From positions 27,419-91,418 of the forward strand of contig JAQGDQ010000823.1 of NCBI GenBank assembly GCA_030141605.1: a stretch of DNA of 64,000 nucleotides. Direction: 5' to 3'. This stretch comes from Tubiluchus corallicola (taxonomy: Eukaryota > Animalia > Priapulida). Both the position numbers and the translations under genes were made by a program. The notes under the pieces were generated by a model. The model was not told the DNA's origin. It did no database searches and was given only the letters and a program-made list of their open reading frames with translations. Below are positions 1 through 10,500 of the stretch, in pieces; the stretch's first letter is position 1; each line of letters starts with the position of its first letter.

Positions 1-448
1 CCCTTATTTTCACTCAGTATTATCGATAATATTCAATATAGTAAATCTTTTTTCTTTAATTTTTTTCTTTACACTTGTACGGAACCAGAGCACGTGAGGT
101 TAGTACTGTTTGCTTTACAGCCCAGCAACATGGTGTTTGGCTGTTTTGCACATGGTAGAGAAAGTACTGCCGCTCACACAGTTTGTTGTCAGTTATCACG
201 TGCCTACCGTGAATGAGTCAAGCTTGAAATAATTTAAGCTATTAGTGAGCAAGTGAGCAAAAAATATTTTTTCTTTAGGATTTTGTTAAGTTCATGTATA
301 AACTGTCATATGTTTGTTTGTTTAAAATTACAATTACAAATGACAACATTAAAATTACATATGTTTGTTTCGTTTTACACAGTATCAAAACAACAGCTAA
401 AAATTTTCTGAAGCAGCACCCCCACTAGTTATAGCAACGAGCCGCCAC
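1..448. mobile_element. MITE family A (CAGTGGCGGCTCG terminus, hAT-like), cut by the window edge
   Basis: Aligns with ~25170-25657; the reverse-complement terminus occurs at 11714-11822. Confidence 0.6.
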
Positions 449-1214
449 TTGCCAATTGTCAGTTCGCTCTCTCCATACTGGGCTTAATTATCTGCAAATA
501 AATTTAGTGGCTTGTTAAATTGTAGTAATTTTACGCGCATTATATCATCTAACTATATCATTCTACTATGCCATTTCCAGAAATAAAAAACACACTCTTT
601 GTGCTTTATTGGATTTGCTTTTGGTTAGCTTGAAACCTTGGTCCGTTGTGGTAGGTCGCTGAACATCTCCAGTCCGATTGAAAATATGCTTGCTTGCCTG
701 CTTGAATATATTTGCTATATTTATGATTAAATTTTCCTTTTTTTAAACTGTCACATTTAAAATTTTATTACAGTTTTTTGCTTACTTTTCATTTATTAGC
801 TGCATTTATTAATTGACTGCATTGCTTCCTTTTTGTGTATGTTTGTCACATTATGATTACTGATTGCTTTTGTTCATTTACTACATTTCAGATTTACTGC
901 ACAAATTTTCTTCCTTTTGTTTATTTGTTGCATTCATGATTTAACTACATTTTAGTTGATTTGCTGCATTCATGACTTAACTACATTTTCGTTCCTTCGC
1001 TGCATTAATGATTTACCTACATTTTGGTTCATTCGCTGCATTTATGATTTAACCGCATTGCTTGCTTTTTTGTTGTTGTATTCATGACTTAACTGAATCT
1101 TGTTCAGTTGTTGCTTTTAATATTTAACTGCATTATTTGCTTGCTTTTTTCCATTGGTATAATCACAATATAACTGCATTGCATTTTGTTTATTTGCTAC
1201 ACTTAAGATCCAAC

Positions 1215-1402
1215 TACATATTATCCACTTAACCATGTACTCTGCAGTCCTTTATAATATTCCTGCGTTATATAGGGGTGGCTGACTCGATGACTTCCTG
1301 GTCTTTCGCCACCCCATCTTTACACACTTTACATAACTTGTTGTAACTGCGCTATAAATATTATATTGGAGATAAATAAACTTTTTGAATTTGAATTTGA
1401 AT
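1215..1402 (+). mobile_element. 3' end of a non-LTR retrotransposon (5'-truncated)
   Basis: GGGGTGGC...GCCACCCC stem-loop, then AATAAA and a (TTGAAT)n tail, typical of CR1/L2-group 3' UTRs. Confidence 0.4.
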
Positions 1403-1432
1403 AAAACTTGCAGAGACTACTTTTATTTTCAG

Positions 1433-1603
1433 ACACTCTTGCTGCTAGAAACAAGAACGATTTCACACCAATTTCTTTGCCCACTGATTTCAAGAACTAC
1501 GATGTGAATGGAGACGGTTGGATCGAAATCCAAGAACTTGCAAAAGTCTCGGAGACGACAATAGAGCAGTCGAGTAAACCATTTGAGGCTGCTGACGTCA
1601 ACA
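1433..1603 (+). CDS. Small EF-hand calcium-binding protein, penultimate exon (upstream exons not identified)
   Basis: ttttcag acceptor and gtaagt donor; EF-hand loop DVNGDGWIEIQE; ends at ADVN in phase 1. Confidence 0.8.
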
Positions 1604-2458
1604 GTAAGTTTTTTCTACTTTCTGTCTTATCGTTTATACAGAGCCGCTTAAGTGACACAAGAAAAAAAATTACTAGTTCACCCGAGTTAATGAATAATAT
1701 TGCCTAATGAGGAGATGTCATGAGATTAAAACTCCTTCAGGACCGCACCACTCAAAATAAGACCAATGACTTTTTGCTACTGTATGAGTACATACATAGC
1801 TACATGCACACAACTTAGGTATTGTTCTATTCGGGAGAATCTCGGCTATCCAATCATGCTATTTGTTTAAATATTTATGGGTGATTTAATTGGACAAAAT
1901 GAAGAAAACCATGCGCGTTTCGGACACTCTATCTTAGTTTATTGAGTAGCTTAGTCTCTTGTACACTTGCCTGGTCGTACAAACTATTTTATTGATCGCC
2001 TGCTTGCTACAGACCAAGAGAGAGGCGTCTTCTATACAACGTTCCAGAAAAAACCAACCCAGTATGCTAAGGAGAAATTAAGATCGTTTCATTTTTTATC
2101 AGAGTGTTGAGTCTATTTCACACAAGTGATACTGTACTTTGTTACAGTACAAACACTGCAGTTACTGAAATGTTTTTTAAATTTTTCATCAGAAATCGAT
2201 TTTAATTCAGGTATACAAAGCATTTGAAATATAATTTTGCAAGAAAATCCATTGTGTGAGGAGTAGAAACAATAATAACCTAATCGCTGCTTAGTGAGAG
2301 CAGTTTTTCATGAACCCATGCAAAATGCTGCAAACTCTTACGGTCCTGAAGGAGTTAAGGTTAGAACTGTAATTAACTTGCAATTATTACGATTGTATTA
2401 AGACTGTCTGTGTTCAAGTGTGCTAAATCCTCAATTTAATAAATTTTCTGAATTTTAG

Positions 2459-2592
2459 TTGATGGATTAATATCTGAAGAGGAATTCAATGAAGCTCCAT
2501 GGGACCTCAGTGGCCATTATGTAAAAGTAAAGAAACACAGAGGAAGAAAAAAGCCACAAGTGGAGCACCAACATCTGTACAAAGCTCTATAA
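2459..2592 (+). CDS. Small EF-hand protein, last exon
   Basis: ttttag acceptor; the phase-1 join completes a second EF loop DVN-I-DGLISEEE; basic tail KVKKHRGRKKPQ; TAA at 2590-2592. Confidence 0.8.
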
Positions 2593-2711
2593 ACGAGATT
2601 TTTGATATTACTAACATGATAACTTGAGAATGTAAAATGCCACTGGATGGTTTGCTTCACTGATATCAGAAACTGTGTGTGATTATAAGAAATCTTTGTA
2701 ATTTATTTTTT

Positions 2712-2717
2712 AATAAA
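2712..2717 (+). terminator. Candidate polyadenylation signal of the EF-hand gene
   Basis: AATAAA about 120 nt after the stop codon. Confidence 0.5.
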
Positions 2718-3624
2718 ACGAGGCTTGGACATTTGCATGCGACTGCAAATAGTGCAATAATAAGTTTCATTGTTGTGCCTGTTTAACTTGCTGGCCATTG
2801 AGAAATTTCACTTTTTACACAATATTGGTTAATTTTGTTACAATGAGTATTTTCAGGTAAAAACGGCCAACGGATCTATTAAGAGGGGTTCTTAAGCTTT
2901 GCAATGATCACATTTTTGTGTCAAAATCATTTTTGGGTTTTGTGCGTTTTCAGTAAATTTATTAAGTGTTTTAAGCTGTTTTGTTCAGTAAATGAATTTT
3001 TCGCGAGGAAGCGGCAGATTTTCTCAATTTGTTAAATTATTTGCCTACTTAAGCAAAAACAGTCAGCATCTTGAAATACCTAATGAAATATCCAACCGGA
3101 ATTGTGTTATGCTAATGTTGGACATGAACTGTTTGTGTGCTAATGATATTTCTAAAAAAAGTGTAAAATTTCACACAGCAGCAAGGCACAGCTTAGCTAG
3201 AACAATAGTTTGCCATTGTTTTTGTGACGCGCAGCTGCTATGTTCGTTGTCCCGCCGGGGGATGGGCATTGCTAAAGTTGGCGTTACTATGGTGAATGGG
3301 TCTGCCATCTAGGGGCGAGTTAAAAAACAATGCAAGTGTGTAATCGTACTACTTGCAGTCGTATGTAAATTATCGATATGAAGTACTTGAGATAAAACAT
3401 TATAGAAGTATAGAAAGATCATGTTTGAAATATTACATATCAGTTCTGTCTTAACGCTGTTACACGGCATCATAATGTTCCTTTTGGTGTAAAAATGAAA
3501 GTTTTAAAATATTGCTTGTGTTACTACCTCACTCTTGTACTCTGCTGAAAGCTTCCACTAACTTTAGAACCTGGCTAAGCCCCTGAGCAATTATGATTGT
3601 TGTTTTATACTATTCCATATACTA

Positions 3625-4897
3625 TACAACTCCATGCGCACGTAATGCGTAATGCGCGATCTGTGATCCGTAATGCGTGATGCGTATTGACTGTTTCCAT
3701 GAGTCCGTAAACGCGATGCTTATTAACAAAGCTCACGGGGCTCTTTCAGCCATTTTTGTCGCTATTTTTGAAAACCATGTCTGTGTCGAAATTTAAGCGT
3801 TATAATTACAGTTACGGCATTAGCTTATTATTGTACTATGAGACGGAAAAGAAAGCACAGGTTTAGGTGCCTAATGTTTTACAAGGGAGAGAACAATATG
3901 GCAGGTATCATCATTTAATGAAAGAACTGCAGTTAGATACACAACATATAACTACATGCGTTTTCTACTTCTCAAAAATTGAAATAGAAAATTTAATATT
4001 ATTGTTTATATGTCCTAGATTGGCCAAAATTCACCTAACTAAAATTTTCACAAAGCTAAACAACAAAAATGGTCACCAGAAACTTGAAAACCCGTTGTAA
4101 TCACCTAGGCAACGGTTGTCTCCCGTCTGCGTATTGCTGCGTGATGCGTATTCAGACGATATTAATCAAGTTCGAACGAATACTTATCACGCACACATGG
4201 AAAGATAAACTCTTGTATACGCATTACAGATTACGCGTCACGCATCATGTACACATAGAAACACTTCTACAAGTTTAAATATAAACTGTTGCATACGCAT
4301 TACTGATCACGCGTCATGTAGGCATGGAAACACTTCTACGTGTTTAAATATAAACTGTTATATACGCATTACTGATCACGCGTCACGCATCATGTACACA
4401 TGGAAACACTTCTACATGTTTAAATATAAACTGTTGCATACGCATCACGCATCATGTACACAAGGAAACACTTCTACATGTTTAAATATAAACTGTTGTA
4501 TACGCATTACTGATCACGCGTCACGCATCATGTACACATGGAAACACTTCTACATGTTTAAATATAAACTGTTGTATACGCATTACTGATCACGCGTCAC
4601 GCATCATGTACACATGGAAACACTTCTACATGTTTAAATATAAACTGTTGTATACGCATTACTGATCACGCGTCACGCATCATGTACACATGGAAACACT
4701 TCTACATGTTTAAATATAAACTGTTGCATACGCATCACGCATCATGTACACAAGGAAACACTTCAACATGTTTAAATATAAACTGTTGCATACGCATTAC
4801 TGATCACGCATTACGTACACATGCAAACACTTCATGTTTAAACATCAACTGTTGTATACGCATTACTGATCACGCATTACGTACACATGGAGTCGTA
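3625..4897 (+). mobile_element. Non-autonomous PIF/Harbinger-like DNA transposon with a transposase remnant
   Basis: Imperfect TIRs TAC(A/G)ACTCCATG.G.ACGTAATGCGT; ORF 3867-4100 (REQYGRYHHLMKELQLD) resembles a Harbinger transposase N-terminus. Confidence 0.6.
4215..4890. repeat. ~76-bp tandem repeat inside the Harbinger-like element
   Basis: Unit CATGTACACATGGAAACACTTC...CACGCAT recurs at 4529, 4605 and 4681, with shorter variants. Confidence 0.9.
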
Positions 4898-5974
4898 CTT
4901 ACTTTTACTCTATAATATAACAAAAACGCACCGGATACTGTTCAATTCTTTATAAAGACAACATTTTTGCATGAACTTTATTAATAAATACATTATCATG
5001 TAAAGAATAAAAATGGTGCAAACGATCACTTATACAATAATTAGCTCATCTTTGTACAGAATAATGATTGTTTATTTATTTGTTTATTTATTTATTTATT
5101 ACACGATTAAACGACTTAAAATAAATATGACAGCAAATGCTTAAAATAATGAAATCACCAGATAAAACAATATCAATTTAAAATTAATTATTATATACTA
5201 ATATTTCTCTACAGTGGCTCCATCTATATTGCAAAAATCAAAACTGATGCCATCAACAAATTATATACACAATTGCAAATCTAAGAAAAACTTGCCTCTT
5301 AATTTTCGCGTTTTGCTCGAGTCAAGAAATTAATGAGAATAAACAACATCGGATATACAAAACTCCAAAAAACAGAAGTCAAAGACTTGAAAAATGTACG
5401 TAATTTTTGCATCTGTATACAAATCGACTAGTAACTTAAAATACGAGAACAATGCGCTATAGTTGCAAACTTACGATTAAAACAAAAGCAACTTTTCAAA
5501 AACAAAAAATTATACCAGTAACTATAACATTACTCAATGCGAAAACTAGCATATTTATAAAGAACCTTTACGAGCTGCGTCTGTCAGTCTGTCTACGCAT
5601 AATCTGTACAAAAAAGTAACTGCATTCCAATTTATAATGTAACTTACACAAAAAATTAACACAATAACGCTAATTGTAATCAGGATTCTTGGATTCTTAA
5701 GTCAAGCTTAGGTCAACCTTGCTACACAACTGAAAACAACTGAAGATTCGGCGAATGCCGGTGTACGGTATGTCGATAGGTCTAAGTATATCCAGTTGAC
5801 ATAAGCTTGTACAATTGTAATCGTATAAAATTGTGTCAAATTGGGGTTACTCTACGACAAATTTTGTTTAATCTTGTGAAAATGTTTTTTGAAAATCGCC
5901 GTTTTCTTTTATCTAAGTTTGGTTGGTAATCAGTTAAGCATGTGGCTGTTGTCTTGATAACAGCACATGCTTTG

Positions 5975-6550
5975 TAAATGAACAGTATTTGTTTAATAAA
6001 TGAACAGCATGTGCTTAGTAAATTAACAGTACTTGTTTAATAAATGAACAGTATGTGCTAAGTAAATGAACAGTACTTGTTCAATAAATGAACAGCAGGT
6101 GGTTAGCAAATGAACAGCATGTGCTTAGTAAATTAACAGTACTTGTTTAATAAATTAACAGCATGTGCTTAGTAAATGAACAGTACTTGTGTAATAAATG
6201 ATCAGTATTTGCTTAATAAATGACCAATACCTGCTTAAAATGAATAGTACTTGTTTAACAAATGAACAGTATTTGCTTAATAAATGACCAATACCTGCTT
6301 AAAATGAACAGTACTTGTTTAACAAATGAACAGTATTTGCTTAATAAATGACCAATACCTGCTTAAAATGAACAGTACTTGTTTAACAAATGAACAGTAC
6401 TTGTTTAACAAATGAACAGTACTTGTTTAACAAATGAACAGTACTTGTTTAATAATTGAAAATCACTTGTTCAATGAATGACCAGTACTTGCTTAACAAA
6501 TGAATGGAGTTTGCTTAATAAATGAACAGTGCTCACTCAATGAATGAACA
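5975..6550. repeat. ~22-bp minisatellite (AAATGAACAGTACTTGTTTAAT), probably within the plexin 3' UTR
   Basis: Direct tandem copies visible. Confidence 0.85.
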
Positions 6551-7436
6551 CAAGTCATTACAAGCTGTGTATTTCTCCCAAAAAGATAAAAAAAACGACT
6601 GACTTTTCCATATTTCCATATTAAAAGTGAAAAGAAATGTTTCAAAATTCTCAACTATCCTGTGCCCCCTTGTGTGTCAAAGTAGTAAATATAAGTTTAA
6701 ATTCACTATTTTACAATTTTTACACAATTTACAATTGCAAGATTTGATTGAACAAACCCAAATACAGGAACACAAAAGAGACAGAAAGGAAAGATGCCAT
6801 TTTATCGGAACACATTCTAGAAATATTATCAAATGTGATGATAAAATAATCATCAGTGCAGACGTATTAAAGCTCCCACTCATTAATAACAAGGAGATTT
6901 CACAAAAAATTCTGTGTTTTTGCTACCAAATAAGTTCCAACGAGCGCAGAGAATTGGCAAACATTCCTGATAGTAACAGCATGATAATAATAGCATTTCG
7001 TCTGACATGACAACAGTAACCATGGTAACTGCTGCTGTTTTGCCCTAACGACAATGCACATCAAACGTTACAACTGTTCCTCTGATCAAGGCAGTGGCAA
7101 TTGTGGATAACCGTGATAATGATAACAGGTAGACGATAAGATGAGCTCATAAGATGATAGATACAATTTACACAATTTACACGAATGTTTATAACGGTAA
7201 CTACTTCTTTGGCGTAAGTATAAAAACACACCGTTTTGAGCAAAAACGCGATTACGACGTATTTACACGAAGTTTTTGTAACATTTTGTAACTAAGCGCT
7301 TTATGATGTCATTGCACACATACACGCTAACCGTCACTATAGTACTCAAGTTCCCAATCAACAGTTGCTACGCAAATGTTTTACATGGAAACGGTTTCTA
7401 GGCAACCACACTATGAACGCTACACGTTTCAACCAG

Positions 7437-7544
7437 TCATATGGGTATGCTGCCACCGTCTTCCAATATCATAGCAACGGTTTCCAGTTTGCGAGCCAAG
7501 TGCATCTTCTGGCATATTTGGTCGTCTTCCAGGGCATCAAGGAT
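7437..7544 (-). CDS. plexB: Plexin exon 29 (last), ILDALEDD...EDGGSIPI*
   Basis: tttttcag acceptor, phase 0, TGA at 7439-7437. Confidence 0.9.
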   Translation of the reverse strand: MLDALEDDQICQKMHLARKLETVAMILEDGGSIPI

Positions 7545-10500
7545 CTGAAAAAAGGACTCCGCGTAAGAAAAAAATAAAGCCTACAGAAAAGCAGGCAGCA
7601 CAAAGACACAAAGGAAAATTGGACGATTGTTTAGGCTCAATCTCGTTTTAATTTACTGTCCAAAACATGCATTTTCTTGCCTATAAAAGTTAACAATTGT
7701 TTCTTATATTTGAATAATTAGCTTTGAAAGTTAATTTTAACGGCAACCGAACACAGCTATTGCTTACGTCAGAAACTAACCACAGTTTGAGCAATGGTAG
7801 GCATCTTCCCTTGCGTGTCAAGCATGTTTGTGTAAGTGTTACAGTACTGCTTAAATGCGTGATGTCACAAAATTGGCTCTATGTCACATGACGTCAGAAA
7901 GTAACACTACAGTTCATGATCATGGTCTTTTATTTGTCGGCCATGCGAATGTGACAAAAAGGCGCCGTTGCCAATCTTAGTAAATTCACTGAGCCGTGCC
8001 TAGCTTTCAAATATTAACAAAATTTGAATATGCGAGGTAATTATTATTTAATCTAAGCTTTGATTTAAAAAAAGCTATTGTAGTTTTCAATATTTTAGAG
8101 CATTCTTTATTCTGAACTCGTGTTTGCACAATCGTCCGGTTTTCCTTTGAATTGGCAGAATAGCGTAACATTACTTCAATCAAATTTTTGAAAATGGTTG
8201 TTTAACAATAGCCATTCATTATAATGCTACTGATTATAACTAATTATAATGGCATTGAACTTCTTCTGCAGTCCCAAAGTAGGCAGTATAAAGAGTTCTG
8301 ACTCTATCCATAGTTTTTGGATTATACTTTGAAATTCCCTTTTCCTCCCCTTTAAATCTATTTTCTGTGTGACCAGTCAAATATGGCGAGGTGTTACCTT
8401 GACACACCACTTAAAAGAACACAGGATGATCTTTCATACGTTACACCATTTTCAAGTTCGATAAAACGTATACATTTTAACACAATTAATGCTGCAAAAG
8501 CGTTTCTTATAATTATATAATGGATTGAAAACTTAATTAATGACAGGCGAGCCCAATTATTGATGACATAACAAACTAACATAATTTTCAATAGCAAAAA
8601 TATTCCACGAGCGTGTTGCACGTGTTTGCGAAAGCGAAAATTGAACTACAGTGCTACTGTAAGATATTCAGTGTGTTGTACTAAAACTAGGCAAGTTTTA
8701 AGACAAACATTCAAATTTCAAATTTACCGCTGTGCTCACGCATGAGCTGTCGAACGTGCGTAGTTCATCACAAACTAACACGTCTGAACCGAGAGGTACA
8801 ACACCTGTTTTTGTGCAATGCGTTTCCGAAATACAGACGCTAGTGCCCGTATAACTAGCGTATGGCAAAATGCATGTAACGGTGAAGAACTAGTGGCACG
8901 AACGTGAAATTGTATTTGTGTGGTAAAAATTCTTTCACGCAAGTCATTTTTGAAAAAAAAGTTTGTTTCCTTTCAATATTTTAAAGAGTAGATTGTTTTG
9001 ACATACAGTTTAAGATTGGGTCTGGTTTTGCTTTAACAAAACTTTATAAAAGTTGAAACTATCCACATATTTAAGATCTAACTGAAGCCAAGCAATGCAC
9101 CAAATGGACAGAAAATAGCATCAACGCTACTTACAGCTTCGTGGTATTTAACGATGTAACCGTAGAGCTCACTGACGGCTGCAAACGAGTTGAACTCCTC
9201 GCCATAAACTCGCGAGATTTCCCCAAGGTGCGCGTTCATCTCCTGGTCGCTAACCGGGGCAAGTTCCTGAATTTCTTGATAAAACCGGTTGACCATTGCC
9301 TTGTACCTTGGGATGTCCTTGGCGTACAAGAGCTTGTTGGATGGTGAATCCTGAAAGATGAGTAACGCTAGAAACTAAGTGCCATTATAGGATTATTGAT
9401 TTTCCCGGACAGTCTACAGACAGGTGACTGCTATGGTGGACGAATTACACTGCCATATAGAAAAGTGAGTTCATTGCTTACTTCTGTTCTTATGTAAAAC
9501 TGATTAAAGTGGAATGTTTGTCAGTTTAGGTCTAGAAGTGTTTTGATATCAAACCATTTACAAGCTTGTCATAGGGTTATTGATTTTTCCTCAACAATCT
9601 CGTAGTTTTAGTTTTATATTTAAACCCTTTTCTCTGTGGGAATATGTCCCTAAGACATTTCCGTATTTCTGCTAAACATTTTACCAGGTTTGGGCCATTG
9701 TGAAACGTCACGATCTAGAGTATATTTTATCTAGATTTTATAATTCACTTCCAAAGTCTAACGACATGTAGTACCTGGTGTAAAAAACAGTTTAGTCATT
9801 CAAAAAAGGAGGGGGCAGAGAAGAGAGAGAAAAGAGGCAAAGTGGAGAGAGCTGTGCAACCATAACGTTATTGCATTTAGTTTAGGACTGGCAAAGAAAA
9901 CATTTTCTCTACCGAAGTGTTTGGCAAAATAAACAAAAACCATTCTTTCTCAAGACTGTAGTTCTAAAGTTGTTTCTGTTTTTTATGAGTTTACACTTTA
10001 TGATTCGACCAAAAACTACAATCTGCCACCCAAATGCAACAGCGTTTTAAAAAAGGTTGAACACAAAACAGTCCAGGAAAAATCTTAAACTCTGTAACAA
10101 ATGAAATTGGTTCGTTAATTAACTAACTGTTGTAACGGTGAAATTGATTCATTAACTAAATAGCTGCTGTAACTGTGAAACTGGTTCATTAATTAAGTAA
10201 CTGCTGTAACTGTGAAACTGGTTCATTAATTAACTAACTTTTGTAACGGTGAAATTGGTTCATTAATAACTAACTAACTGTTGTGACAGTGAAATTGGTT
10301 CATTAATTAACTAGCTGCTGTAACTGTGAAATTGGTTCATTAATAACTAACTGCTGTAACGGTGAAATTGGTTCATTAATAACTAACTAACTGTTGTAAC
10401 TGTGAAACTGGTTCATTAATTAACTAGCTGCTGTAACTGTGAAACTGGTTTATTAATTAACTAACTGCTGTAATGGTGAAATTGGTTTATTAATTAACTA

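Noticed and set aside
8394-8621. Recurrent ORFs of the [21 protein letters not shown] type (also 26191, 47998, 60381)
   Set aside because: Translations of non-coding MITE family C with inconsistent frames
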